Shown here: positions 1 to 10,609 of the stretch, in pieces
How the letters are laid out: each line of letters starts with the position of its first letter
Numbering within the stretch: position 1 is the stretch's first letter
Virus record (IMG/VR): IMGVR_UViG_3300017761_005636
Span: 14,693 to 78,692 of that record
DNA: 64,000 bases
Origin: a virus
Taxonomy: Duplodnaviria; Caudoviricetes
Reading direction: 5' to 3' (one strand)
Program-made: the position numbers and the translations under genes
Notes under the pieces: generated by a model
The model's input: the letters and a program-made list of their open reading frames with translations, nothing else
The model's database searches: none
What the model was told of the DNA's origin: nothing

Positions 1-2
1 AT

Positions 3-2228
3 GCAGCTAGAGCAATTGAATGTGATGTTTATAATTTTAATCAAGATTATAATTATCCTGTTTCAAGTACAGGTAGAACTTCTCCATATCCACAAAGAAG
101 TTCAAATATATTTGGTACAACACAATTAACATTTGCTGAATATGTACAAGAAATATATTCTAAATTTATTAATGCACAGAATAGAAAAGTTACTGAATCG
201 GCAATTGGTTCTCACTATCCTTCATTAACAAAACTTTATTATGATTATTATTCAAATAATAATTCAAATAAAAGAAATTTTGCTGATTTAAATAAATATA
301 TTGATAATTTAGATAATATTTTCGATACTTTTGTTAAACAATTTATTCCTGCTACGACCATATTCAATGATAGTGCATTTAATATAAGAAATAGTGTTTT
401 TACACCTCAAAAATATGCATATAAACATGGTATTGATGATGGTTCTGAGTTTGAAGTTGAAATACAATTGCCAATTGAAACTGATGTATCTTTAGTTAGT
501 ATTGAGTCTGAATTTTTTGATACATTTGATAATGATATACCAATAGCAACAATAGAGAGTAGTGTAAGTGTTAGTGATAATGGTAATATTGATACTGATT
601 TTTTTGCAAATGTTGAACAAAATGTAAATTTATCACCATTATGGAATTCAAAGGTTTGTGAAAACGAAAAATCTTCTTTTGCTTTAACAGGTGCAACAAA
701 AATTGAATTGTCTAGTTTAACTCAAACATCAATATTTAATAAAACAACTGAAACAGGACATACTTTAACATTTAACTTTACATCTGCTACTTCAACATTG
801 TCAGCAAATACTACTTTATTCTATTATTCAATTCACAAATATGATAGAGATATTGGTGGATTTAGTGAAACATCTGTTTATACTGCTAAGACATTAGGTT
901 ATACAGCATTTACGGGTTCTAGTATATTAACAAATGTAATAAGTGGTTCATATTTATCTTGTGATTCAGAATATATAATTAAACCATATTTTGAATATAC
1001 AACTTGTCTTGATACAGGTACAACAATTACAATTATACCATCATCAAGTACAGTATATGAATATTTTATTATTTCAGGTTATCCATATCAATCATTTACA
1101 AGAACCACATATGAGTTTATTGAACCTAGTACAATAACTTCATCAATACCAATTAATGTTATTTCAAGTGAAAATAAATTATATTCAGAAAGTAACTTAT
1201 TTTTTAATTATAATACATTAACTGCAAATACAGGTTCAAATATTACAACATTAATTAATAAAACTGCTTATACACCATCATTTAATTATTACAATAAATT
1301 AGATGATTATTATTTTGTTTCACTTTGTGAACCTGAAAAACCTGTTTTATCTTTTCCGTCAACAAGACCTGACGACCAAAGTTCATTATTTGTAGAAACA
1401 ATACCTGTTACTAATGATGTTTTTTCATCATTTACAATAACATATGAACCAATTGGTGAAGTTTTAGTTTCTGTAAATGGATTAACATTACAAAAAAATT
1501 TAGAATATAGTAATGATGCTAGTATTACAATTACAAGCATAAGAAACAGGTCTTTTACGTTATCACAATCTTTAATAAAAAATCAGAGTGATGTTTTAAC
1601 TGTTGCTTACTATAGAAATGTTGCTAATACGCAACAATTGGTTAAAGAAGATTTATTATATACAGGTTCAAGTCAAATAGTTAGTGCAAGTACGGGTTTT
1701 TATGAAATAACTTTATCAAAGAATAGAATTAATAATAGTGATATTGCGGTTTTTGCAAATGGTAGCTTATTAATGAAAAATACTGATTATCAAGTATCAT
1801 CATATGATGATAATAAAGTAATATTATTATTTCAACCACCAACTAATCCTATTACAATATCTGTTTCGTATTTATCAAATTTTTTATTTGATTCCTCTAC
1901 ACTAATTGAAGCAACAGGTCCAAATTATACTGTTAATTGGTCATTGAATAATATAATATCTAATAATCAAATTGGTAAATTTGTTCATCAATTTTATGAT
2001 TTAGCAAATACAGGATTGACAGGAACGACTCTTTATTCAGCAGAAACAGCATATGCTTATAATACAACACAATTCTCAAATACATTTGGATGGCAAAGTG
2101 TATCATTAACACCAGGAACAACGTATTATTATAGAATTTCATCTGAAAAATATTTTACAACAATAAATAATATTAATTTAAGTTCAGTAACTTATAGTGA
2201 AACATATAGACTAAAAATACCATTATAA
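3..2228 (+). CDS. Virion structural protein (baseplate/tail-associated), 5'-truncated by the window edge
   Basis: The frame of ORF 468..2228 stays open back to base 3 (AARAIECDVYNF...FVKQFIPATTIFND). It is Ser/Thr-rich, has two V-x-x-NG-x-x-L-x-x-N-x-(E/D)Y beta-sandwich repeats and an FN3-like end (LTPGTTYYYRIS), and lies directly before the spike and sheath genes. Confidence 0.65.
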   Translation, partial: AARAIECDVYNFNQDYNYPVSSTGRTSPYPQRSSNIFGTTQLTFAEYVQEIYSKFINAQNRKVTESAIGSHYPSLTKLYYDYYSNNNSNKRNFADLNKYIDNLDNIFDTFVKQFIPATTIFNDSAFNIRNSVFTPQKYAYKHGIDDGSEFEVEIQLPIETDVSLVSIESEFFDTFDNDIPIATIESSVSVSDNGNIDTDFFANVEQNVNLSPLWNSKVCENEKSSFALTGATKIELSSLTQTSIFNKTTETGHTLTFNFTSATSTLSANTTLFYYSIHKYDRDIGGFSETSVYTAKTLGYTAFTGSSILTNVISGSYLSCDSEYIIKPYFEYTTCLDTGTTITIIPSSSTVYEYFIISGYPYQSFTRTTYEFIEPSTITSSIPINVISSENKLYSESNLFFNYNTLTANTGSNITTLINKTAYTPSFNYYNKLDDYYFVSLCEPEKPVLSFPSTRPDDQSSLFVETIPVTNDVFSSFTITYEPIGEVLVSVNGLTLQKNLEYSNDASITITSIRNRSFTLSQSLIKNQSDVLTVAYYRNVANTQQLVKEDLLYTGSSQIVSASTGFYEITLSKNRINNSDIAVFANGSLLMKNTDYQVSSYDDNKVILLFQPPTNPITISVSYLSNFLFDSSTLIEATGPNYTVNWSLNNIISNNQIGKFVHQFYDLANTGLTGTTLYSAETAYAYNTTQFSNTFGWQSVSLTPGTTYYYRISSEKYFTTINNINLSSVTYSETYRLKIPL

Positions 2229-2229
2229 T

Positions 2230-3222
2230 ATGTCAGAATTAACTTACGGAAGAGAATATATTAAAACATCATTAAATAATAATAAACCATTAGCAATTAA
2301 TAAAAATGTTGTTATTGCAAAGGTACTTGATACTGATGACCCTAAAAATGGAGGAAGAATAAAAGTTTTTATTGATGGTATTGACCAAGTAACAACACCT
2401 GTAACTTCATTACCATATGCATATCCATTAATGTCAAGAGTATTACATGTAATGCCAAAAGTTGGTGAGGCAGTATTAATATTGATGGCAGATATAAAAG
2501 TTGATAAGCAAGACCAATTAACAGGTAATAGATTTTGGATTGGTCCATTACTTACCAATTATGAATTTATTAATTATGATAATACAGATGTAACTGCATT
2601 ACTTACCACAAAAAATACATATGCAATAAATAAAAATATTACTTCTGACCCTTTACAAGGTTCTAAATCACAAAATAGAAAGTCTGATGAATTAGATATT
2701 TTTCCTGTTGATACTAACACACCACCTCAAAGAGAATCTAATTTAGATGATGTGACAATAGTTGGTAGAAATAATACGGATATTACTCAATCTGAAAATA
2801 AAATTACATTAAGAGCAGGTAAACATAAAAAAGATAAACCAACAAACTTTAATAATATTAATCCTGCATATTCTATTTTAGAATTTATTCGTGAAAATGA
2901 AAACGAAAATGAAAAAAACTCATATTCATTAACTGTTGGTGATGAAATATTTCTAATAAGTCATAAAGGTAAATATAGTTTTAAAAAAGTATTAACAAAA
3001 GATGATATTGATTCAATGAGACAAAATTCTCAATCAATGCTTTATGGTGAATTAACCGTTACTTATTTAAAAACATTAACAGAAGTATTTTTAAATCATA
3101 TACATACACATCCACAAGAAACACCAACATATAAGGATGGTAAAAGAGGTAGGATAGATGAATTAAGAGAGCAATTGAAAAACATTGAAAATTTATTAGC
3201 TAAAAACGTCAAAATTAACTAA
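2230..3222 (+). CDS. Baseplate central spike/hub protein (gp5/gpV-like OB fold)
   Basis: N-terminal IAKVLDTDDPKNGGRIKV...PYAYPL...PKVGEAVLI OB-fold signature. The C-terminal HIHTHP is the metal-binding apex motif of contractile-tail spikes. Confidence 0.8.
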   Translation: MSELTYGREYIKTSLNNNKPLAINKNVVIAKVLDTDDPKNGGRIKVFIDGIDQVTTPVTSLPYAYPLMSRVLHVMPKVGEAVLILMADIKVDKQDQLTGNRFWIGPLLTNYEFINYDNTDVTALLTTKNTYAINKNITSDPLQGSKSQNRKSDELDIFPVDTNTPPQRESNLDDVTIVGRNNTDITQSENKITLRAGKHKKDKPTNFNNINPAYSILEFIRENENENEKNSYSLTVGDEIFLISHKGKYSFKKVLTKDDIDSMRQNSQSMLYGELTVTYLKTLTEVFLNHIHTHPQETPTYKDGKRGRIDELREQLKNIENLLAKNVKIN

Positions 3223-3237
3223 GTTTTGGTTTTCTAA

Positions 3238-3247
3238 ACTATTTATA
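3238..3247 (+). promoter_or_regulatory. ACTATTTATA motif (putative phage late promoter) upstream of the tail sheath gene
   Basis: Starts 29 nt before the sheath ATG; the same motif recurs before several other genes. Confidence 0.6.
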
Positions 3248-3266
3248 ATAAATCATATTATAAAAC

Positions 3267-6032
3267 ATGGCAAATTTTAATTTTAAATCACCTAGCGTCA
3301 AATTTCAAGAAATAGACAGGAGTTTTGCTTCAACTCCATCGTTGGGTATCACATCAGTTGGTATGGTTGGGGAAACCTTGAAAGGTCCAGCTTTCTCACC
3401 TGTTCTGATTACAGATAGAACTGAATTCAGAAGATACTTTGGTGGTACAAGTACTGTAAAATTTCCTGATACTTCAGGAAGAATGAAGTACTTAGCACCA
3501 ACATATGCTAATGCCTTTTTGGAAGAAGGTAATCAACTTTATTTTACAAGAATTCTTGGAAAATCAGGTTATAATGCAGGTAAGGCTTTTGCTATTACAG
3601 TTGGTGGTAATTGTTTAACATCTACATCAGCACAAACATCGGTATTTTCGTCTTCTACGGGTACAACTACTTTTAGTGGTGCAAATGTTGTTACATTTAC
3701 TTCAAATTCAGTAAATTTTAGTTTTTCAATAACAGGAAATGGAACATACGATAATGTTTCAAGTATTTCTTTTGTAAAAAATTCAAGCAATGTATTTACG
3801 GCATCTAGTGCTTATGTAACGGTTAGTTCATATAGTGGTAGTCCAATAAGTGGTTCAGCTTCATTTACTTCATTTACTTATACTGCTCAAACTGACCCAA
3901 CTTATGATAATATGGTCGTTGCAATTTTAAGAAGTAGAGGTAGCGGATTACAAGATGCTGCCACATTTAATATTTCATCTGTAACAGGAAGTTTTGGAAA
4001 TACAATAGGAAGTCCTCTTTCAAACTTTACATTAACTGCGGTTGGTACAAATGTTACTGAAAACTTCCAATTTAATTTAGATGTAACATCTTCAAATTAT
4101 ATTGCTAAAGCAATGGGTTCTAGAAACTCTGATACTAAATCCAATCTTTGGGTTGATGCTGTTTATCCTGATTTAATTAGAAAGATTGCTACTGAGAATT
4201 TAATTCTTGATATTAAAAATGTTCTTACATTAACAAGCACAACATTTTCTAATTATAAATCACAATATACTAATCCTGAAACTCCTTGGTTAGTTTCCGA
4301 ACTTAATGGTAGTAAAGTAAGTAGACTTTTCAAATTTATTTCTTTCTCTGATGGTAATGCCGCAAATAGAGAAGTTAAAATTGCAATTGAAAATATTAAT
4401 CCAACTACAAAAGAATTTGATATTGTTGTAAGAGATTTTACTGATACTGATGCTAATCCTTCAATTCTTGAAAGATTTGGAAGATGTACTATGAATCCTG
4501 ATGATAATAACTTTATCATGAGAAGAATTGGTGGTGTATATAGTGATTCAGATACTTCTTTCTTAGAAGATGCAAAATCTGCTTACATTTATGTAAATGT
4601 TAATGTAAATGCTCCAATAACTTCAATTCCTTGTGGTTTTGAAGGTTATAATTTAAGAAATTATTCAACTTCATCCACAGGTGCTGCTACTTCGGCTTTA
4701 ACTCCTACAATAATTTATAAAACAAGATATGCTACAACTGATAAGGTACTTAAAACATACCTTGGAATTTCTGAAAAAGCATTTGATACTTCATCAACTA
4801 ATGGTTTATCTATTAATGATGACTTATTTAAATTCTTAGGTGCTAATATTGCTGCTACTAGTCTTTACAAAACTAAAGGTTTCCACTTAGATTCAGGTGC
4901 TACTGGTACATATATTGATTCGGTTGGTAATGAAATTGGTCAATTTAGTGTAGGTGCAGGTGCAATTTCAAATACTGTAAGTGTTGCAGCAGGAACTTAC
5001 TATGCTGATTCAAATAGACGTAAATTTGTAGTTGTTCCGGCAGGTGGTTTTGATGGTTGGGATGTAAATTATGAAATGGTGGCAGGTAGGTCTATTGGTG
5101 CTACATTCGCACAAGGTGGTGTTAACGCATTCATAGGTTCTGATTATAATGCTTACTTAGAAGCATATCAGCTTTATGAAGATACTGAAAGAACACCAAT
5201 TAACTTATTTTCAACTCCAGGAATTGATTGGTTAAGTAATTCTGACCTTGTTGCTGATGCTCTTGAAATTGTTGAAGAAATACGTCAAGATTCACTTTAT
5301 ATTATTGATGCTCCTGATGCAAGTTTAACTGATACTTCAACAGTTGTTGCAGGTTCTTATGTTGATGATTTAGATAGTGCAAATATTGATTCTTCTTATG
5401 CTGCTACTTATGTACCTTACATTAAAAGAAAAGATGTTGATTCTAATACTAATATCTTCATTCCTCCAACAGGTGAAATCTTAAAAGCTATGGCTCTTTC
5501 TGATAGAACTTCATTTATTTGGTTTGCTACGGCAGGTTTAAATAGAGGTGGATTACCTAATGCTAGAGATGTTAGAAAAACCTTTAAAGAATCTGATAGA
5601 GATACATTGTACTTGGGTAGACTTAATCCAATCGTTAAATTCTCAAATAATACACCAGGAATTTTCGTTTATGGTCAAAAGACTTTACAAGTTGCTGATT
5701 CTAAACTTGATAGAATTGATGTAAGAAGACTACTTCTTTATGCAAAACAAATCATTTCTTCTCAAGCTAGAGTTTACTTGTTCGAACCTAATGATGATGT
5801 GTTAGCAACAAACTTTATTGCTGAATCAAATAAAAAACTTAAAGTTATCCAAGATAATAGAGGTTTGCAAACATTCAGAGTTAGACTAGATAATAGTTTA
5901 AATACACCTGAAAGTAGAGATAGAAATGAAATTTACTTTGTAATTGAATTGTTACCAATCGGTGCTGTTGAATTCATTGGTCTGACATTTGTGGTAAATA
6001 AATCAACAACTGCAATTCAATTTAATGGATAA
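3267..6032 (+). CDS. Tail sheath protein (T4 gp18-like)
   Basis: SPSVKFQEIDRS...GMVGETLKGPAF N-terminus. The C-terminal LYLGRLNPI...YGQKTLQ...LDRIDVRRLL...FEPND is the sheath signature. Confidence 0.95.
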   Translation: MANFNFKSPSVKFQEIDRSFASTPSLGITSVGMVGETLKGPAFSPVLITDRTEFRRYFGGTSTVKFPDTSGRMKYLAPTYANAFLEEGNQLYFTRILGKSGYNAGKAFAITVGGNCLTSTSAQTSVFSSSTGTTTFSGANVVTFTSNSVNFSFSITGNGTYDNVSSISFVKNSSNVFTASSAYVTVSSYSGSPISGSASFTSFTYTAQTDPTYDNMVVAILRSRGSGLQDAATFNISSVTGSFGNTIGSPLSNFTLTAVGTNVTENFQFNLDVTSSNYIAKAMGSRNSDTKSNLWVDAVYPDLIRKIATENLILDIKNVLTLTSTTFSNYKSQYTNPETPWLVSELNGSKVSRLFKFISFSDGNAANREVKIAIENINPTTKEFDIVVRDFTDTDANPSILERFGRCTMNPDDNNFIMRRIGGVYSDSDTSFLEDAKSAYIYVNVNVNAPITSIPCGFEGYNLRNYSTSSTGAATSALTPTIIYKTRYATTDKVLKTYLGISEKAFDTSSTNGLSINDDLFKFLGANIAATSLYKTKGFHLDSGATGTYIDSVGNEIGQFSVGAGAISNTVSVAAGTYYADSNRRKFVVVPAGGFDGWDVNYEMVAGRSIGATFAQGGVNAFIGSDYNAYLEAYQLYEDTERTPINLFSTPGIDWLSNSDLVADALEIVEEIRQDSLYIIDAPDASLTDTSTVVAGSYVDDLDSANIDSSYAATYVPYIKRKDVDSNTNIFIPPTGEILKAMALSDRTSFIWFATAGLNRGGLPNARDVRKTFKESDRDTLYLGRLNPIVKFSNNTPGIFVYGQKTLQVADSKLDRIDVRRLLLYAKQIISSQARVYLFEPNDDVLATNFIAESNKKLKVIQDNRGLQTFRVRLDNSLNTPESRDRNEIYFVIELLPIGAVEFIGLTFVVNKSTTAIQFNG

Positions 6033-6068
6033 ACAATAAAAAGATACTAATTAAAATAAAGAAATAAA

Positions 6069-6563
6069 ATGCCACAAGGATTTAGAAATGTACCTACCCA
6101 ATATGAACCACTCAGACCTAATAGGTTTGAGTTGTTCTTCCCTCAAGATATTGAATTGAGTAAATATACTTGGATTATTAATGCTGTTGATAGACCTAAA
6201 ATGAAAGTTAACTCAGTTCCGATTAAATATTTGAACTATGAGCAGAAGGTTGCAGGTCATGTAACTTTTGATGACTTAACAGTTGAATTAATTGATTTGC
6301 AAGGACCATCATCAGTACAGTTAATACTGGAATGGTACAGACTATGTGCTGAAAACTTAACAGGTAGAATGGGTTATGCTTCAGGTTATAAGAAAGACTT
6401 GAGACTTGTTGCTCTTGACCCGACTCTTGTAGGTGTTCAACAGTTCACAATTTTTGGTGCTTTCATCTCTAATCTTGACTTCGGTAAAAATGAATACTCA
6501 AGTGATGACGTACAAAAGATTACATTGACACTTAGCTATGATATAGCTGAAAATAATTACTAA
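6069..6563 (+). CDS. Tail tube protein (T4 gp19-like)
   Basis: 164 aa directly after the sheath, with the PLRPNRF...RPK...W...G...YKKD...LDY/YD pattern of gp19-like tubes. Confidence 0.9.
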   Translation: MPQGFRNVPTQYEPLRPNRFELFFPQDIELSKYTWIINAVDRPKMKVNSVPIKYLNYEQKVAGHVTFDDLTVELIDLQGPSSVQLILEWYRLCAENLTGRMGYASGYKKDLRLVALDPTLVGVQQFTIFGAFISNLDFGKNEYSSDDVQKITLTLSYDIAENNY

Positions 6564-6584
6564 CAATAGTAATATTCTAAAATT

Positions 6585-6618
6585 AAAAATCCCATTGGTT
6601 TCCGATGGGATTTTTTTT
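6585..6618 (+). terminator. Intrinsic terminator after the sheath-tube operon
   Basis: Stem aaaaatcccattgg / ttt / ccgatgggattttt followed by a T run. Confidence 0.85.
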
Positions 6619-6661
6619 GGTATAAATATTGTATATTTATAATTATAAAACAATTATTTTT

Positions 6662-7027
6662 ATGATAAATTATAAATTAGACCAGTTTTTAACAAACGAA
6701 ATGAAGTATTTCGATACGCTTACAACAGCAAGCACAACACTAAAGGATTATTTTGAAAAATCTTATCCGTACAAAGATTTTAAAAAACAATTACAATTTG
6801 CAGGTTTTGATAGAGAAGAACTTTCTGTATCGTATGAGAATGACTATCTGACAATTGATGGTAAATCTGTCATGTTAGATAGTTTGTATAGTAAAAAATA
6901 TTATCTACCATCAAAACATTATGATGTTAATAACATTTCTGTAAAATTTGAAAAGTGTATCTTAACTGTTGAATGCAAATTGAAAGAAGAAAAAGAATCA
7001 AAAGTGGTAAAAATTGTAATTAAATAA
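6662..7027 (+). CDS. Small heat-shock protein (Hsp20/alpha-crystallin-like)
   Basis: AGFDREELSVSYENDYLTIDG...YYLP...ISVKFEKCILTV resembles the alpha-crystallin core. Start moved to the ATG at 6662. Confidence 0.7.
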   Translation: MINYKLDQFLTNEMKYFDTLTTASTTLKDYFEKSYPYKDFKKQLQFAGFDREELSVSYENDYLTIDGKSVMLDSLYSKKYYLPSKHYDVNNISVKFEKCILTVECKLKEEKESKVVKIVIK

Positions 7028-7028
7028 G

Positions 7029-7451
7029 CTAGGGTCTCCACTTAATTTTAATTACTTTATTCAACCGTTCTGAAGAGGGATTGAAAGTTTTTTCATAGCG
7101 TTTTTTACTTGTGTAAACCTTTATGATAAAATTGTATTTCCCTCTTTTCTTTTTTAACATATTTAATCTTAATATTTTTGTTTGAAAACCAATATTATCT
7201 TCACTAATAAGATAATAATCATCATAACTATCATAATTTATTACATGGGTATAATTTTTTCTATTTAAATCAATTATTTCAATTTTTTGAAATATACCAC
7301 CCATTCTTAGATTTGTTATTTCAATTTCAATATAATTATTTATCCTAACAATAGGTATACTCATTCTTTGACCATAAATATTAAAAATAAAAAATCCCCA
7401 AATTATGGGGATTAATATTAATACATTAATTTTAATTTTTCGCAATCCCAT
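7029..7451 (-). CDS. Hypothetical exported or membrane-anchored protein
   Basis: Basic N-terminus followed by a hydrophobic stretch (VLILIPIIWGFFIFNIYG). Confidence 0.5.
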   Translation of the reverse strand: MGLRKIKINVLILIPIIWGFFIFNIYGQRMSIPIVRINNYIEIEITNLRMGGIFQKIEIIDLNRKNYTHVINYDSYDDYYLISEDNIGFQTKILRLNMLKKKRGKYNFIIKVYTSKKRYEKTFNPSSERLNKVIKIKWRP

Positions 7452-7828
7452 TTTTCACCTAGTTTCAACAAACATTTTTTTAAGTCCATTTTAGTTTTAA
7501 ACCATTTTTTGTCAGAATAGATTTCAGTAACTTTACAATTTCTTGCTAAAATAACATCATCATTTGAATTGTGAATAACTTTTAAGATAACTGATTTTTT
7601 TATTGAATCAGATTTATCCCATGCTTTAGAAATTCTTTCTAATAATAATTGCTGTCCTATTGGAATAATAACACCTTCTTTTTCAAATTTAAACTCCATA
7701 AGAATTAAATATGTATCATTAAATTCTAAAACACAATCTATATCAGATGGATGTATTTTTTTATTACTGATTCCTGTAAAATCAATAACTTTTTTTACAT
7801 AATTTTTATTTCTAATTAATGATTCCAT
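7418..7828 (-). CDS. Hypothetical protein, possible PD-(D/E)xK nuclease fold
   Basis: PSDID...LILMEFK matches the PD...D/E-x-K arrangement. Confidence 0.45.
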   Translation of the reverse strand: MESLIRNKNYVKKVIDFTGISNKKIHPSDIDCVLEFNDTYLILMEFKFEKEGVIIPIGQQLLLERISKAWDKSDSIKKSVILKVIHNSNDDVILARNCKVTEIYSDKKWFKTKMDLKKCLLKLGEKWDCEKLKLMY

Positions 7829-9565
7829 TTATCCTTCGCACATTATACATTCTGAATATAAATCTCTTTGTTCTTTTGTATCTGCTCTTAATACGGATTC
7901 TGACCTAAGATAATATAAAGATTTTAATCCAAGTTTCCATGCCTCAATGTGAACTTGATTAATAAACTTAGCAGGTGCATCATTAAAGAATGCAAGATTC
8001 AATGATTGTCCTTGGTCAATGTATTTCTGACGAATACCTGCTTGTCTAACAAGTTCAAGTTGATTAATCTCCTTGAATGTTTTAAATACGGCCTTTTCTT
8101 CAGCACTCATACACCTAACATTAAGAACTGAACCCTTATCTTCAGAAATTGCATCCCATACTTGTGGTACATTCTTACCTTTAGATTCTAATAATTCTTC
8201 TAAAAATGGATTTCTTCTAATGTGTAAACCTTTTGCATCATCATCCATATAAATATTTGCTGCAATTGGTTCAACACCTTGTGAATATCCACCTGCAAGC
8301 TTACTAGAAGAACGATTAGGTGCAATAGCAAGAAGTGTTAAGTTTCTTCTTCCTGTTCCTTGACACCATTCAGGTTCACCATATTCTTTAGCCAAATCCA
8401 TTGTTGCTTTTTCTGACTCTTCTTTAATATATTTGAAGATAATATTTGTCCAAGAATTGGCCTCAATAGAAACAAATGGAATTAGTTTGCTTTGTAAGAA
8501 ACTATGCCATCCTAAAGCACCCAATCCTAACGCTCTTGACTTCGTAGCAAAGCGTACAGCGTCTTCAATACCTTTGTAAGCATATGAGTTACCCTTCTGA
8601 AGAAAGTCCTCCATTACGGCATCTAAAAACAGTACAGAGAGATATACAGTATCGGTATTTCTCCATTCATCAAACTTAACAAGGTTTAAAGAAGAAAGAC
8701 AACATACTAAAGTATGGTTTTCATCTGTTGGCAAAAAGATTTCAGAACAAAGATTTGAATGTCTAATCTTTAAATCATTTTTATGCCACCACTCAGGAAC
8801 AGCATTATTGGCATTGTCAATAAACATAGTATAAGGTTCACCTGTCTTTACTCTTTTCTTTAGAGTTTCAAGCCAAATTTCCCTTTCTTTACCATTTTTA
8901 TCAACAACTTTATTCATAAATTCATCTGTAAAGATTGCACCTTGATGAATATTATGTGATTGTCTATTTACATCACCTTTTGGTTCTCTTACTTCAAGAA
9001 AGTCTTTAAATTCTCCATGTTCTGCATTCAAATAAATAGCTACAGCACCTCTTCTTGTCTTTCCTTGTTTAGATGCTAAGATAGTTGAGTCATAAGATTT
9101 AATAAATGGAATAATACCATCGGAAGTTCCACCTCTACCATCTTTGATTTTAGTACCCATTGCTCTAATTGAAGAGAAGTCATAAGCAGTACCTCCACCA
9201 TATTTTGAAAGCATTGCCATCTCAAGATTTTTACGATAGATTTCATACATAGAATCACCAACATGAGAAGAAAAACAACTAATTGGTAATGCCACATCTG
9301 TTCCAAGATTAGCCATTACAGGTGTTGAAGGAATTAACCATCCTTTCCAAAGAATATCAAAAAATCTTTCTTGCAATTCAGGTTTATTTAATAACTCTGC
9401 TGCTCTTGATGATACTCTTACATAACCATCTTTTGGTGTTTCACCATCAATAAGATATCCACCTTTAATTGTTGTTAGGTAAAGTGCATTGTTGCCCCAT
9501 TCAGGAAAGTCAATACCAACTTTCCAACCCATGTTTTTTGCTATGTCGTGTGTTTCTAGTTTCAT
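7829..9565 (-). CDS. nrdA: Ribonucleotide reductase class Ia alpha subunit (short, no ATP cone)
   Basis: STPVMAN, LPISCF, RRGA, SNLCSEI, CCLSSLNL, APNRSSS, IDQGQSLN, LKSLYYLR motifs and a C-terminal CxxC (CIMCEG). Confidence 0.97.
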   Translation of the reverse strand: MKLETHDIAKNMGWKVGIDFPEWGNNALYLTTIKGGYLIDGETPKDGYVRVSSRAAELLNKPELQERFFDILWKGWLIPSTPVMANLGTDVALPISCFSSHVGDSMYEIYRKNLEMAMLSKYGGGTAYDFSSIRAMGTKIKDGRGGTSDGIIPFIKSYDSTILASKQGKTRRGAVAIYLNAEHGEFKDFLEVREPKGDVNRQSHNIHQGAIFTDEFMNKVVDKNGKEREIWLETLKKRVKTGEPYTMFIDNANNAVPEWWHKNDLKIRHSNLCSEIFLPTDENHTLVCCLSSLNLVKFDEWRNTDTVYLSVLFLDAVMEDFLQKGNSYAYKGIEDAVRFATKSRALGLGALGWHSFLQSKLIPFVSIEANSWTNIIFKYIKEESEKATMDLAKEYGEPEWCQGTGRRNLTLLAIAPNRSSSKLAGGYSQGVEPIAANIYMDDDAKGLHIRRNPFLEELLESKGKNVPQVWDAISEDKGSVLNVRCMSAEEKAVFKTFKEINQLELVRQAGIRQKYIDQGQSLNLAFFNDAPAKFINQVHIEAWKLGLKSLYYLRSESVLRADTKEQRDLYSECIMCEG

Positions 9566-9572
9566 TTTTTAT

Positions 9573-10538
9573 TTAAAATAAGTCATCAGTATCGTTCCAA
9601 TCTTCATTTGGTTTTGAGTATCCGTGTTCACGATTTGCAAAAAAATCAGTTTGTTGTTCTCCTGATGTTGTAATATAAAACCATTCCATATCGTTAAGTA
9701 ATTCATCATCAACGGTATAAACAGGTTTTAACATTAACTCTTTAAGTTTTCTGTTTGCTCTGTCATACATAAAGTTTTTAAGAATATCTTTTGAAATTGT
9801 TTCTAAATCACCAAGTTCAAATATTTTATCAATATAGTTGAATTCATTTACTAATGCTAAATCAACACCTTGATAAATTGTATCTTTTAATTCTTCAGTC
9901 CAAATGTAAGGATTTTCTTCTACAAGTGTTCTAAATAATTTACAACCTGATTCAGAGTGTAAAGATTCATCACGAACTGAGAAAATCATTTGTTGACCAA
10001 TACCTGTCATTAGATTCTTTTTTCTAAAAGATAAAAGAACTGCAAATGAAGAATATAATTGAATACCTTCAGCACAAGCAGAGAATAAAGCAAGACTTCT
10101 TGCAATATTAGTTAGATTAGTATCATTAGGGTCAATTTCCATCAATGCTTCTAGTTTAGCCATAGTAGCATCATCTTCCATAAATGATTTAAAGTCTGTT
10201 AAACCTAATGTATCATTAAGGTATGAATAAGCAACTGCATGGATTGTTTCAAATGCACCAAATGTACTTGCCATCATTTTAATTTCAGGAACAGGAAACC
10301 ATTTAGTTACATATGTTGACCAATAATCATTAACAACAGTTTCTGTTTGTGTAAATCCTTTTAGGATATTACCAATAACATTTTTTTCTTCCAATGTTAA
10401 TCCATCATTCCAATCTTTAACATCTTTTTGCATAGAGATTTCTGTATGTAACCAATGTGCATTTTGCTGTTTAAACCATGCTTCATAAGCCCATTGATAT
10501 TCAAATGGTTTAAATTCTAATCTTTGTTCTGTAATCAT
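9573..10538 (-). CDS. nrdB: Ribonucleotide reductase class Ia beta subunit
   Basis: KPFEYQWA, ETIHAVAYSYL, AEGIQLYSSF, RDESLH and DFFA di-iron/tyrosyl radical motifs. Confidence 0.97.
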   Translation of the reverse strand: MITEQRLEFKPFEYQWAYEAWFKQQNAHWLHTEISMQKDVKDWNDGLTLEEKNVIGNILKGFTQTETVVNDYWSTYVTKWFPVPEIKMMASTFGAFETIHAVAYSYLNDTLGLTDFKSFMEDDATMAKLEALMEIDPNDTNLTNIARSLALFSACAEGIQLYSSFAVLLSFRKKNLMTGIGQQMIFSVRDESLHSESGCKLFRTLVEENPYIWTEELKDTIYQGVDLALVNEFNYIDKIFELGDLETISKDILKNFMYDRANRKLKELMLKPVYTVDDELLNDMEWFYITTSGEQQTDFFANREHGYSKPNEDWNDTDDLF

Positions 10539-10558
10539 TTTTATAATTTTTTATGTAT

Positions 10559-10594
10559 AAAAAAATCCTGCTTATATTTTACTATAAACAGGAT
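10559..10594 (-). terminator. Probable intrinsic terminator of the phoH operon
   Basis: Imperfect stem atcctg-c-ttata / tataa-a-caggat with a U-tract on the minus strand (a-run 10559-10564). Confidence 0.5.
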
Positions 10595-10609
10595 AGTATT
10601 TTTAATTGT

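Noticed and set aside
7829-10538. Introns or inteins in the RNR genes (and in helicase/RecA)
   Set aside because: The ORFs are continuous and of normal or short length, with no LAGLIDADG/HNH or intein C/HN motifs.
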